Below are positions 29,028-41,214 of a stretch of 64,000 bases of DNA, piece after piece. The stretch is taken from NCBI GenBank assembly GCA_964356795.1, contig CAYHIK010000002.1:26600-90599 (forward strand), read 5' to 3'. A program made the translations under genes and the position numbers. Below the pieces are notes generated by a model. It was not told where the DNA came from and did not search any database. It saw only the letters and a program-made list of their open reading frames with translations. Numbering within the stretch: position 1 is the first letter of the stretch; every line of letters starts with the position of its first letter. Origin of the DNA: an uncultured Candidatus Saccharibacteria bacterium (GTDB lineage: Bacteria > Patescibacteriota > Minisyncoccia > 2-02-FULL-40-12 > GWA2-44-9).

Positions 29028-29114
29028 GTAACCTCCTTGTAAATGAGCATGGCGACTGTAATACAATGCCCCTACGGGTCAATCTTGCGGATAGAAAATT
29101 ACGTGTCGTAATCT

Positions 29115-30794
29115 CTACGTCATGCGACGAGGACGCCGTGCAATCCCCGCCTCGATGAGTCCACGGAAGAGCGGATGCGGAGAAAGGGGGCGACCCTGCA
29201 GCTCTGGATGAAACTGTGTTCCCACAAAGAAGGGATGATTTGGAAGCTCGATAATCTCCACGAGGTTACGCTCGGGATTCACGCCCGCAATCATCATTCC
29301 GTGCTCAACTAATCGCTCTCGATAGATATTGTTAAATTCATAGCGATGCCGATGCCGCTCGGATATCATCGGTTTTTTGTAGAGCTGATAGCTCTTGCTG
29401 TCGGTATTGAGAGCACACGAATAGGCGCCGAGTCGCATCGTACCACCCAGATGACCCTCCTCTATATGTACCACCTGCTCTGCCATTGTCGCGATGATAG
29501 GGTGCTTGGTGCGCGCATCAACCTCAGTGGTATGCGCGCCACGAAGGCCACACACATTCCGTGCATATTCAATCGTCGCCAACTGCATACCGTAGCATAG
29601 CCCCAGAAGTGGAATCTTATTCTCACGGCAGTATCGAATTGCGGTTATCTTCCCTTCAACGCCGCGCGCACCGAAACCACCGGGCACAATCACCGCGTGG
29701 TATCGCTCAAGTTCGCGCACGCTCTTGGGGTCCTTCTCATACTGTTCGGCATTGAGCCAATCAATTTCTGGTTTTCGCTTCGAGAGCCACGCCGCATGAC
29801 GAATTGCTTCAATCACTGAGAGATAGGAATCCGAGAGCGTAAAATCGCCCGTTCCAAAATACTTTCCAACAATTCCAATCCGTATCGGAATTCGCGCGGT
29901 GCGCATGCGATGAATCATGGAGCGCCATGCGGGTGACAGGTGTCGCCGTGGCTTCATGCCAACCTTCTCAAGAATGCGCCGGCCGAGATGGTCTTTTTCA
30001 AAGTTTACGGGTACATCGTAAATTGATTCGATGTCGGGCGCCGAGATGATATCGCGCGGAGTCACATTGCAGAATAATGAGACCTTCTCTTTCCGGGGTC
30101 GGTCGAGTGGCACGCTCGAGCGTGCGATAATGAAATCGGGCTGAATACCAATCGCTTGCATCTGGCGTACTGCATTCTGAGTCGGTTTCGTCTTCATCTC
30201 GCCCAACATCGCAGGAATGGGAAAGTACGACACCAACATAAACAGTACATCGTGCGGGGCGCGCAGCTTCATGAGTCGCGCCGCTTCCAGGAAGAGGGCA
30301 TTCTGAAGCTCGCCGACGGTGCCACCAATTTCGACGAGGAGAAATTCTGCATCGCTCTGTTCGGCAGCATGTTCGAGTCGATGCATCACCTCTTCAAGAA
30401 TATGCGGATACGGCTCAACGCATTTGCCGTGATACCCCAGCGCGCGCTCGCGTTGAATCACCGACAAGAACACCTGACCCTGCGTCATGTAGTTCGTCTT
30501 CAGAATATCCTGGTCCAAGAATCGTTCGTAGTTCCCGATGTCTTGGTCCGTTTCCATGCCATCGCTCGTCACAAATACCTCACCGTGCTCAGTGGGATTC
30601 ATGGTGCCAGCATCAATGTTGAGATACGGATCAATCTTCACCGCACTCACGCGAAATCCATAATCTTTGAGAATGCGTGCCGTCGATGCCACGGTGACGC
30701 CCTTGCCAATCCCCGACATCACTCCACCGGCCACGAAAATATATCTCGTCAACCTCGGCGGAGTGGTGCGGCGGGTAGACTTCATTGCGGCCAT
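29115..30794 (-). CDS. pyrG: CTP synthase
   Basis: GGVMSGIGKG, KIDPYLN, KTKPTQ, GLCYGMQ, ERHRHRYE and QFHPE motifs. Confidence 0.98.
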   Translation of the reverse strand: MAAMKSTRRTTPPRLTRYIFVAGGVMSGIGKGVTVASTARILKDYGFRVSAVKIDPYLNIDAGTMNPTEHGEVFVTSDGMETDQDIGNYERFLDQDILKTNYMTQGQVFLSVIQRERALGYHGKCVEPYPHILEEVMHRLEHAAEQSDAEFLLVEIGGTVGELQNALFLEAARLMKLRAPHDVLFMLVSYFPIPAMLGEMKTKPTQNAVRQMQAIGIQPDFIIARSSVPLDRPRKEKVSLFCNVTPRDIISAPDIESIYDVPVNFEKDHLGRRILEKVGMKPRRHLSPAWRSMIHRMRTARIPIRIGIVGKYFGTGDFTLSDSYLSVIEAIRHAAWLSKRKPEIDWLNAEQYEKDPKSVRELERYHAVIVPGGFGARGVEGKITAIRYCRENKIPLLGLCYGMQLATIEYARNVCGLRGAHTTEVDARTKHPIIATMAEQVVHIEEGHLGGTMRLGAYSCALNTDSKSYQLYKKPMISERHRHRYEFNNIYRERLVEHGMMIAGVNPERNLVEIIELPNHPFFVGTQFHPELQGRPLSPHPLFRGLIEAGIARRPRRMT

Positions 30795-30890
30795 TATACG
30801 CTCATATCGAAATCAACCGCAAACATTGACTTTTATCCAGATTTATATTATAGTTGAATCCACGCTCTTCACACATTCAGGAGGTACTCG

Positions 30891-31094
30891 ATGCTGACGG
30901 AACTTCAAAAACGCCCCTACCGCCACACATGTACGACGGTCGAAATCCGTTCGTTCGGCGGAGCCTACGAGGCTCGTACGTTTGGTGGCGACCTCAGTGC
31001 CCTCCATCACACCGAGAAGGGAGCAGTCGCGGCGCTCGCGGGTAAGCTCCCCGAGGGATGCGCGATGAACATCACGCACATCCGAAATCGGTAG
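30891..31094 (+). CDS. Small hypothetical protein
   Basis: TTGACT...TATAGT promoter, AGGAGG RBS and a downstream terminator at 31105-31140. Confidence 0.65.
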   Translation: MLTELQKRPYRHTCTTVEIRSFGGAYEARTFGGDLSALHHTEKGAVAALAGKLPEGCAMNITHIRNR

Positions 31095-31186
31095 CACTCT
31101 CCCCGACTCCTGTACCCGTGTGGGTATGGGAGTCTTTTTTATATACAAAAAAAACGGCGAAGCAATGCTTCGCCGTCGTTGATGCA

Positions 31187-31477
31187 TCAGTGATGCATCG
31201 CCTCGTCATCCTTCGGCTTCCGTGGAAGTCGCCAGAACATCAGCGAGCACGTCTCGTTGGTGCATCCCCAATACACGAACAGCGCCTCCCTGGGATGATG
31301 CCGCGGAATCTGAACCTCTCGTCGCTCGAGACGAAAGCGACAGTACGGACACTGACCAGCCCTCTCGACGGCAGGCGGAGCGTATCCATCAGCCTGAGTC
31401 TGCGCGACCGAGTGGTCATCCGCACCTTCACGCCGAAGCAACTCCACATCGAATTTCACCACGTCAGCACCTCTCAA
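31187..31477 (-). CDS. Small putative zinc-ribbon protein
   Basis: CPYC...WGCTNETC motif. Confidence 0.55.
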   Translation of the reverse strand: MRGADVVKFDVELLRREGADDHSVAQTQADGYAPPAVERAGQCPYCRFRLERREVQIPRHHPREALFVYWGCTNETCSLMFWRLPRKPKDDEAMHH

Positions 31478-31541
31478 GAACAGGAGTCGAGATTATTATA
31501 GAAAAACACGGAGCTGGCAAGCCCCGTGTTCGTTCACACCA

Positions 31542-32135
31542 CTACTGGAGCGCGAGGGTCACGCAGTCCCCTTCGCATTCGTACGCCGCGATTATCACTC
31601 TCCCCCCTCTCACGGGAAGGTGAAAGATGTCACCGTCACGCATCGAGAATTGCGTGGCAAGCCATTCACCGCCAGAGTGGCCATCGGCGTACCTCCTGAC
31701 ATACCGCCGAACCTCAAACAACGCCTCCTTCGTGGTCCCCTTATCGGCATACCGAATCCCCAACAACGAAACGGCCAGCTCGAGGTCGACCACGCCTCTC
31801 TGCTGAAGCACATCGGGATGTCCAGCGGTGACGCTGAACCCGACATGCGTGTGCCCGATACCATGTGGCGTGAGTGAAGTCCACACGCCGGACAGTGGCG
31901 CAAACAAATCGGGAGCAGTGAGTGACCCAGACACGTGAGACTGCTCCACATCGCCCGCCGAGGCCTGGGTCGGCAACTCCTTCTCGACTGCCGTCTTCGC
32001 AGTTGCCCCGACGAGTGGCCGCTCCTTCCACTCCGTCTTCATCAGCGACCAGGTCGCTCCAAAAATGAGAATGCACGCAGCGAACACCACGGATCCGTAC
32101 GGAAACGGCCGGTCACTGCCCTGCGGATTCGTCAT
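31542..32135 (-). CDS. Hypothetical membrane-anchored exported protein
   Basis: TTGACT-N17-TATAAT promoter at 32169-32197, AGGAGG RBS, N-terminal TM. Confidence 0.7.
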   Translation of the reverse strand: MTNPQGSDRPFPYGSVVFAACILIFGATWSLMKTEWKERPLVGATAKTAVEKELPTQASAGDVEQSHVSGSLTAPDLFAPLSGVWTSLTPHGIGHTHVGFSVTAGHPDVLQQRGVVDLELAVSLLGIRYADKGTTKEALFEVRRYVRRYADGHSGGEWLATQFSMRDGDIFHLPVRGGRVIIAAYECEGDCVTLALQ

Positions 32136-32280
32136 CACCGACCTCCTTGTGAAAGTCCTCAATAATTAATTATATCATCTTTATAACGATAAGTCAATAA
32201 CACCCCTGCCGTATTGGCGGGGGTGTTATTCCTCAGCGGGGTGCCAAGTTAGAATGGAGCGAGTCAGGGTGGAGCGAGAC

Positions 32281-34225
<1,945 letters not shown>

Positions 34226-34260
34226 ATGTGTATATTGCGTTAATACTTAGTATCTATACG

Positions 34261-34287
34261 TTAGCACTCCCATACAGAAAGTGCTAG
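34261..34287. promoter_or_regulatory. CIRCE operator (HrcA binding site)
   Basis: TTAGCACTC-N9-AAGTGCTAG upstream of groES; consensus is TTAGCACTC-N9-GAGTGCTAA. Confidence 0.9.
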
Positions 34288-34343
34288 TGCTGATATCCTA
34301 GGAAATAAAAAAGACGGTGTCAACAGATGACACCGTCCTGAAC

Positions 34344-36056
34344 TTACGGATGATTCGGCGGCTTTTCGCCAGCGGATACACCCACCTTGAATTCGATTTC
34401 CTTCCTCCCCGAAACTTGGAAATCACCGACGACCACCTGATACTCCTCGACGTTGCTCTGGAGTCGGCTCGAGGTCTTTCGGACTTCACCGGCGATGTCT
34501 CCGATGTTCAGCGGCACGGATTCTACTGAACTCGCAGGACCCATCTTCGATGGAGGAAGTACCACGTAGATGTAGACCGCATCGGGTCGTCGCTTCGCAT
34601 TGAGCGATTCGACCAACGAGATGAGGTTCACCACACTTCCGGAGCTCTTCTCGACCGCATCGATTGTCTCGGCATCACCGACAACAATCTTCCCGACGCC
34701 ATACTGAAGATCGGATGGCAACAGGAAGCTCAAAGAAATCATCTTCGTATCTTTGAGCGGCTGATTGAGCGCCACCCGAAGCGTAAGCGTTTCACCGGGC
34801 TTGAAACTCGGACGATCGATGCTGGCAGACTCGATGGAGAGTCTCCGATACTCGTCGAACACCTTCGTCTCAACGCTCACCTGCTTGATGCGGGCCTTCG
34901 AAAACCTGTTCGAGAGCACCGAATCAACTTTTCGTGCGAGCACCGTCATGGGATTCGAGTCGAATGGACCATTCCCACGAACGCTCGTAAACGAATCGCT
35001 GAACTCCACGTCGCCCACGCCCTCGACTTCGATTTTGCCATTCAGGAATAACGTCATGTCGCCAATTTCGCGCGACCATGCCTGAACTGCAGTAGAAACA
35101 CCACTCCCAATGATCCGCGGAGCGAGTGTCGGGTCTGCGATGCTGTAGAACGTAAACTGCTTTCGAACGCCCGAACTCGTCGTGAGATCGATGTGCACAG
35201 GAATGGCGTTCTCTGCTTTTCGGCCGAGCTCGCCATAGATTGCCGTCTCGCGATCCTGGAGAATGACACCGAGCGGCTCGGCATCTGCGATCGGCGCGGC
35301 AACAATGTACGAATTCCGGAAACTCTCCTGTACCGTCAGCACCTTCATCGACACGAGGCGATATTCCGCCGGCCCCAATTGCATGAACGGGTGGCCAAAC
35401 ATGAATACGTTCTTACCCTCGACATGCGAGACGGTCCCGTAGCTGGTAAGGTCAAAATCGCCCCACGCAAGCTGAACGCCGAGCACATCACCCGCAGTAA
35501 CGGGATGTGGCGTACCCTTCACGGTAACACCACTCGATGCGCCCTCGTTGAGCATCATCAGAAATGGGTCACCTTCGGGTAGTGTTGCGCGGAGTGTCGA
35601 TAGCATGCTCACGCCCGGACGCGTGACCACGGGCATCTTTATGATGGCCGACGGATCCGCGTGGACGTTGAGCACCTCTCGAATCGGCGTGAGGTAACAG
35701 ATGGGGTTTCGGGCCCAATAGTCAGCATAGGAAAGCGTGCCAATCTTGTGGCGCTTCCCCTTCATGTCCACGTACATCGGACTTCCCGACTGACCAGAAG
35801 CAATGACAGCCTTATTCACCAGCTGAACCGCAATCCAGCTATGCCCCGGGCCGATCGTATTACGCATGACGCCGAGCAGGCGACCCTTCAAACGCGTCGG
35901 CCCCGAGGGGTCAAGCGTCGAGAATCCGTAGGCGGCGGTTCCGTGAGGAAGCGCCTCCACCTGCTCAATCGACAGCATGGGTTCTTCGGAGCGAGCAGTG
36001 GGCGCAAGGCCCGCGGCAAGCACCGCACTCAACAGACAAGGCAGCAGCAGGCGCAT
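34344..36056 (-). CDS. Secreted SpoIVB/S55-like peptidase domain protein
   Basis: Signal peptide; VIASGQSGSPMY...IGTLSY...TPI, GTVSHV...FGHPF and QDR..AIYG motifs. Confidence 0.8.
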   Translation of the reverse strand: MRLLLPCLLSAVLAAGLAPTARSEEPMLSIEQVEALPHGTAAYGFSTLDPSGPTRLKGRLLGVMRNTIGPGHSWIAVQLVNKAVIASGQSGSPMYVDMKGKRHKIGTLSYADYWARNPICYLTPIREVLNVHADPSAIIKMPVVTRPGVSMLSTLRATLPEGDPFLMMLNEGASSGVTVKGTPHPVTAGDVLGVQLAWGDFDLTSYGTVSHVEGKNVFMFGHPFMQLGPAEYRLVSMKVLTVQESFRNSYIVAAPIADAEPLGVILQDRETAIYGELGRKAENAIPVHIDLTTSSGVRKQFTFYSIADPTLAPRIIGSGVSTAVQAWSREIGDMTLFLNGKIEVEGVGDVEFSDSFTSVRGNGPFDSNPMTVLARKVDSVLSNRFSKARIKQVSVETKVFDEYRRLSIESASIDRPSFKPGETLTLRVALNQPLKDTKMISLSFLLPSDLQYGVGKIVVGDAETIDAVEKSSGSVVNLISLVESLNAKRRPDAVYIYVVLPPSKMGPASSVESVPLNIGDIAGEVRKTSSRLQSNVEEYQVVVGDFQVSGRKEIEFKVGVSAGEKPPNHP

Positions 36057-36142
36057 GGCGCCCTCCTCATGATGGTTGTTGGATTGTTAAACGACAACGA
36101 CGCGAGTCGTTGTGAAAGTAATACAGAAAAAGAATGCGTGCG

Positions 36143-37123
36143 TCAACGACGCAAACCCGAATCGCGCTCTGTGAATCCTGACATACCATATCGCTTCAGC
36201 GTTGCGTTGTATCGATTGAGCGCAACAAGCTCGAATGAATGTGGATGAAATTCTAATTCAAAATCATCGGCAATCACCCGACCACCGCGCGCATGTGTCG
36301 CAGGGTCACGCATAATGCGTCGCTGCATCCATCGCTGAATAGTGCGCTCAACGAACGACCCAATCCATGACCGCAATAGAAACTCAAAGACACGGCGCAC
36401 GAATAGAAGCACCGCATTTCGAGGAATCGCCCTGCGCACAAATTCAGGAGTCGAAGGACGAGGCACTACATCTTCCATCCAGCGATTCGCACCCCAGAGA
36501 CGCTCAAGCATGTGCCCCTCATCCATCACAGGTATAAGCCATGCCACCCCGTGGCCCGTGAACATACTGCGGTGTCGCAGTGCGAGGCCATCGGTTGTCA
36601 GGTAGTGATTAAAGCAAAACAAATCAGGTGCTTGTCGATGACGCTTCGTGCGGAGTCGCCCCATGAGCCACGCGGTCAGAAGAAGCCCCGCGCGGGCGGT
36701 GTACAATCTCCTGCGCTCCACGATGACCAAGAAATCCCAATCGCTCTGCGCACTCGTCGCGTCGTACGCCATGGAGCCACTCCCCAGAAGCGCGCGCACG
36801 AATGGCGCCATCTGGAGCCATCGCGCCGAGCGAAGCATACGCTTCCATTTCATCGCCGATTCTTTCTGACGCTCAATGCGACGCGCCCCACCGTGCAGAT
36901 AGTCGAACGAAAGTGAATAAAAACCGGAATCCACATGCACAACCTCAGAACGCACCAGCGCGTCCACCGAAGACGCAAGCTCACCGAGCGAGGGACGCTC
37001 CGCCGATTCGCCCAATCGCTTCGACGGTATCAGGCGCTCATGCATCTCAACAAGCGTGAGCGGTAATCGAAATGCATCATAATATGCAAGCGTCGCAATG
37101 ATGGAGCGCTCAATTGACTTCAT
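36143..37123 (-). CDS. Nucleotidyltransferase-fold protein of a type common in CPR
   Basis: TLAYYD.F..PLT, GSMA......SDWDFLVI, CFNHY and LEFHP motifs. Confidence 0.75.
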   Translation of the reverse strand: MKSIERSIIATLAYYDAFRLPLTLVEMHERLIPSKRLGESAERPSLGELASSVDALVRSEVVHVDSGFYSLSFDYLHGGARRIERQKESAMKWKRMLRSARWLQMAPFVRALLGSGSMAYDATSAQSDWDFLVIVERRRLYTARAGLLLTAWLMGRLRTKRHRQAPDLFCFNHYLTTDGLALRHRSMFTGHGVAWLIPVMDEGHMLERLWGANRWMEDVVPRPSTPEFVRRAIPRNAVLLFVRRVFEFLLRSWIGSFVERTIQRWMQRRIMRDPATHARGGRVIADDFELEFHPHSFELVALNRYNATLKRYGMSGFTERDSGLRR

Positions 37124-37186
37124 AGCGCGGAGCATAGCAGGTCTATATAAAACAAAAAGAAGTCCCGCCAAGGCGGGACTCACTCA

Positions 37187-37438
37187 CTACGGATGAAGCA
37201 CTCGAAAAACGACATCTTTAGCAATCCGCGGAATATCTTCACCAGCCAGACCAACCGCCCGACGAAGAACGTACCCCTCATCTGAGCGATTTGTATTAGC
37301 ACCGACAGCCCCGAGCAAGCGCTCGCCAAACGACGTGAGCATCGTCACCAACTGCTCCTCGGTAAGCCCGATGATGTAGCGCACCCTGGGCGGCGCCGGC
37401 GTAGCCCTGCCACCCGTTCCACGCTTCTTGTCGCTCAT
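37187..37438 (-). CDS. Hypothetical protein
   Basis: TTGACG...TATAAT promoter, GAGG RBS and a hairpin terminator at 37153-37181. Confidence 0.65.
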   Translation of the reverse strand: MSDKKRGTGGRATPAPPRVRYIIGLTEEQLVTMLTSFGERLLGAVGANTNRSDEGYVLRRAVGLAGEDIPRIAKDVVFRVLHP

Positions 37439-37507
37439 GTATCACCTCTCGTTAAGAGATTATAAAACTATCTTGAATATACGTCAATATTCTGGCATAC
37501 TATACAT

Positions 37508-38797
37508 ATGGAAGCTGATACGCTCAAACAACGCGTTCGGGATGCCCCTACGACACCGGGAGTCTACACCTGGCGTGGCGCGCGAGGACGAGTGCTCTAC
37601 GTGGGGAAAGCCGTGAATCTACGTTCACGCCTATTGTCATACCTGCGAGCAAAAGACTCGCGCATTGAGACAATGGTTCGCGAATCCACGCGCGTTGAGT
37701 GGGAATCCGTCCCCACCGAGATCGAAGCGCTCATCCGAGAGTCGCATCGCATCAAGCTTCAAAAGCCGAAATACAACATCGTGATGCGCGACGATAAGCA
37801 GTACTCCTACGTGGGCATCACCGACGAGCAGTTCCCCCAGTTCATGGTGACGCATCAAGCTACAAGCCCGCATACCAAGAAAACATTTCAGCGTGTCATC
37901 GGACCATTCACCGATGCGACCGCGCTCAAGTCAACGCTCCGCTGGCTTCGCAGGGCGTTCCCGTACTGCACCTGCAAGCAAACGCACCATGTAAAATGTC
38001 TCAACGCGCACATTGGAGCATGCTTTGGATTCTGTTGCATCAAAACACCCGCGAGCGCCACGCAGAAAAAAACATACCGCGCATCGATTCGCGCAATCAC
38101 CTCGATTCTTGAAGGACGCAGCGATGCACTCATTCGCCAGCTCGAAGTGCGCATGAAAAAGGCTGGCGCCGCACATCGCCTTGAAGACGCGCTCGAAATG
38201 CGCACCCAACGAGATCGCATTCGGCGCGTATTCGAAAACGCACAAATCATCTCTGCTCGAAAAAAGATGACGGGACTTCATACGGGTGCGCTCGAGCAAC
38301 TCACCACTGAATTAGGACTCGCCGGTGCGGTGCATCGTATCGAAGGGTACGATGTCGCCCACCATCAAGGCGCACACCCATCGGGTGCGATGGTGGTCTT
38401 CATCGACGGCATGCGCGATGCATCGCGGTACCGACTCTTCAATCTATCTCCACAATCCGTAGGCGACACCCATCAGCTCCGCGAAGTCATCAGCAGAAGG
38501 CTCCAGCACTCCGAATGGCCACTCCCTGACCTCATTATTGTCGACGGTGGAAGAGCCCAGCTGAATACCATCGCGCGGGCACTCGATTCAGCTCACGTCG
38601 ATATCCCCGTCATAGCAATCACCAAGAATGACCGCCACCAGGCCGACCACGTACTTTCGAGTATCGACGCCCAAGTTCGTATGCTTACGAGCATGCCCCG
38701 CCCAGCCCGCGACCTCTTAGTACACATAGACATAGAAGCTCACCGATTCTCCATTGAGCACCACCGGCGTAGGCATCGACGCGGGATGGTTGAATGA
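37508..38797 (+). CDS. uvrC: Excinuclease ABC subunit C (short form without HhH)
   Basis: PGVY...YVGKAVNLRSR GIY-YIG domain, PKYN, RIEGYD, PDLIIVDGG.AQL and EAHRF. Confidence 0.92.
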   Translation: MEADTLKQRVRDAPTTPGVYTWRGARGRVLYVGKAVNLRSRLLSYLRAKDSRIETMVRESTRVEWESVPTEIEALIRESHRIKLQKPKYNIVMRDDKQYSYVGITDEQFPQFMVTHQATSPHTKKTFQRVIGPFTDATALKSTLRWLRRAFPYCTCKQTHHVKCLNAHIGACFGFCCIKTPASATQKKTYRASIRAITSILEGRSDALIRQLEVRMKKAGAAHRLEDALEMRTQRDRIRRVFENAQIISARKKMTGLHTGALEQLTTELGLAGAVHRIEGYDVAHHQGAHPSGAMVVFIDGMRDASRYRLFNLSPQSVGDTHQLREVISRRLQHSEWPLPDLIIVDGGRAQLNTIARALDSAHVDIPVIAITKNDRHQADHVLSSIDAQVRMLTSMPRPARDLLVHIDIEAHRFSIEHHRRRHRRGMVE

Positions 38798-38829
38798 TTT
38801 TTGCGAAAATGCTAGTATAGGTACCTGAA

Positions 38830-39177
38830 ATGGTACGGAGATTCCTCATCAAAGTACTCGTAAGCGCTGTGGCTCTCTGGGCCGCAGATGCTCTCTTATC
38901 CGGCTTCTATGTCGCCGGGGGTCTTGAGAGTTACCTCATAGCTGGCGCCGTTCTCGCGCTCTTGAACTCTTTCGTCCGCCCCCTCCTCAAGCTCTTTGCG
39001 CTCCCCTTGATTATGATTACCTTTGGCGCATTCACCCTGTTCATCAACGCGGCAATCCTCTGGCTCGTATCCGACCTGGTGGGCACGGTCTCGATTATTG
39101 GGCTCTGGACATTACTCTGGGCAACCATTATCGTCAGCTTCGTACACATGACGCTCGAACCGAGCGCACACGAATAA
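38830..39177 (+). CDS. YvlD/'phage holin' family membrane protein
   Basis: LN.FVRPLL...LP...TFG.F...INA motif. Confidence 0.85.
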   Translation: MVRRFLIKVLVSAVALWAADALLSGFYVAGGLESYLIAGAVLALLNSFVRPLLKLFALPLIMITFGAFTLFINAAILWLVSDLVGTVSIIGLWTLLWATIIVSFVHMTLEPSAHE

Positions 39178-39187
39178 CTACATATCT

Positions 39188-39409
39188 ATGAATAACATTC
39201 TTACCTACGCACAGGTTGGTTCAGCAGTATTGTTGATTATTGCAATCCTCCTTCAACAGCGAGGCCAGGGCTTGGGTTCAGGTATCGGCGGAACGGGAAT
39301 GGAGTACAGCACCAAGCGCGGCGTCGAAAAGGGCGTATTCTACGCGACTATCGTTTTCGCAATTGTGTTCATCGGTGTTTCCGTCGCCCGACTCGTGATT
39401 GGCGCATAA
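39188..39409 (+). CDS. secG: Preprotein translocase subunit SecG
   Basis: ILLQQRGQGLG..IGG...TKRGVEK between two TMs. Confidence 0.92.
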   Translation: MNNILTYAQVGSAVLLIIAILLQQRGQGLGSGIGGTGMEYSTKRGVEKGVFYATIVFAIVFIGVSVARLVIGA

Positions 39410-39415
39410 TACAGC

Positions 39416-41206
39416 ATGCATAAGTACGACAACCAGCTCGAAGATTTCTTCGGACTCAATGCGGGTGGCAGTGGAGCGAATCGCGAGACCATCAAAGATG
39501 TGCTCGCGCGCAAGCTCCCCCTCCGGAGTCGTTTGCGATTACTCCCAAAGGTGCTGAGTCGCACTGAGCGCTATGTCGTGCTCGGCCTTGCGGTGCTCGC
39601 CATTGGCTCGATTCTGGCAATTCCATTCACGAGCTACTACCACTACACGAATCCTGTCCCTTCAAATGGCGGAGATTTTGTGGAGGGCATCCTCAATGAA
39701 CCACGCCTTCTCAATCCTCTCCTCGCACAAGCCAACGACGCAGACCGCGACATCGCCAGCCTCATCTTCTCGGGTCTCTATCGCTACAATGGCAAGGGCA
39801 TTCTTGTGCCCGACCTCGCAAAATCAATGCCCGAGATTACCTCCGATGGTCTCTCCTACAGCGTCACCATCCGCGATGACGCACGGTGGCATGATGGCGT
39901 TCCCGTGACCGCCGACGACGTTGTCTTCACAGTTCAAACCGCACAGAATTCCGACTACGGTGTTCCCGCAAATATCCGAGCGAATTGGGGTGGCGTCACC
40001 ATTGAGCGCGCGAGTGAACGCGTCATCATTTTCCATATCGACAAGAAATACGCGCAGTTCACCAACAACCTCACACTCGGCATCATTCCACGACATTTAT
40101 GGTCTGACATCCGCCCCAGCAACTTCAATCTTTCCGAGCTCAACATCAAGCCTATTGGATCGGGCCCGTATCAGTTCGATGCACTCACCAAGAACAGTCT
40201 TGGCCGTATCGCCTCCTATCGCCTCAAAGCGTGGGACCAATTTTATCTTGGTCGCCCCCACATCAACACCATCACATTCAAATTTTATGGAAGTGAAGAC
40301 GAGCTCATCGAAGCTTTCAACGAGAATCAAATCGACAACGTCGGCTACATCTCGGGCAACAATGTCTCCAAGCTCAAATTCCGCAACCGTATTGAGCTCG
40401 AGCAAATCAAAGTTCCTCGCTACTACGCGCTCTTCTTCAATCAAAACCAATCCAAAGCACTCTCCGATAAAAACGTCCGCCTCGCGCTCAACTACGCCAC
40501 GAATCGCGTCAGCATCATCAACACCGTCATGGACGGCAAGGCATTCCTCGTAAACTCGCCGATGCTGGGAGGCATTCTCGATATCAATCCCAACGTACGT
40601 ACCTTTGACTACGATCTCGAACAAGCAAAAGCAGTCCTCAAAAACGGTGGGTGGAACACGGGCGAAGATGGGCTCATTTCGAAATCCAAAGACAACACCC
40701 TCGAGCTTAAAATCACCACATCTACCTGGCCCGAGCTTGCCGCCGTCGCGCAGGAACTCAAGAAACAGTGGGAGATGCTCGGCGTGCGCGTCACGCTCGA
40801 AATCGTACCCGTAAGCCAGCTCCAACAGCTCATCAAGGATCGCAATTATCAAATCCTACTCTTCGGCGAAGGCATGGCAATCGATCCTGACCCCTACACC
40901 TACTGGCATTCCAGCCAGCGACTCGGCGGAGGATTCAATCTCTCACTCTACAAAAACGACACCGTCGACAAGCTTCTCGACGAAGCACGCCAGACGCTCA
41001 ACCCCATCGAACGCATGCAAAAGTACGACGATTTCCAGAAAATCCTGCTCGAAGATTTGCCCGCCATCTTCCTCTACAGTACCCACCACCTCTACGGCGT
41101 GAGCAAAGATATTCACGGATTTGATACAGAGCTCATATCAACACCGTCAGACCGTTTCACCGATATCGGTTCGTGGTACATGAACACCACGCGCACAGTC
41201 AACTAA
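39416..41206 (+). CDS. Peptide ABC transporter substrate-binding protein (family 5)
   Basis: LIFSGL...PDLA, WHDGVPVTADDVVFT and PIGSGPY motifs. Confidence 0.92.
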   Translation: MHKYDNQLEDFFGLNAGGSGANRETIKDVLARKLPLRSRLRLLPKVLSRTERYVVLGLAVLAIGSILAIPFTSYYHYTNPVPSNGGDFVEGILNEPRLLNPLLAQANDADRDIASLIFSGLYRYNGKGILVPDLAKSMPEITSDGLSYSVTIRDDARWHDGVPVTADDVVFTVQTAQNSDYGVPANIRANWGGVTIERASERVIIFHIDKKYAQFTNNLTLGIIPRHLWSDIRPSNFNLSELNIKPIGSGPYQFDALTKNSLGRIASYRLKAWDQFYLGRPHINTITFKFYGSEDELIEAFNENQIDNVGYISGNNVSKLKFRNRIELEQIKVPRYYALFFNQNQSKALSDKNVRLALNYATNRVSIINTVMDGKAFLVNSPMLGGILDINPNVRTFDYDLEQAKAVLKNGGWNTGEDGLISKSKDNTLELKITTSTWPELAAVAQELKKQWEMLGVRVTLEIVPVSQLQQLIKDRNYQILLFGEGMAIDPDPYTYWHSSQRLGGGFNLSLYKNDTVDKLLDEARQTLNPIERMQKYDDFQKILLEDLPAIFLYSTHHLYGVSKDIHGFDTELISTPSDRFTDIGSWYMNTTRTVN

Positions 41207-41214
41207 CTCCGCAC

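Noticed and set aside
38830-39177. Holin as evidence of a prophage
   Set aside because: YvlD-type proteins are common chromosomal genes. It sits in a uvrC-secG context with no phage structural genes.
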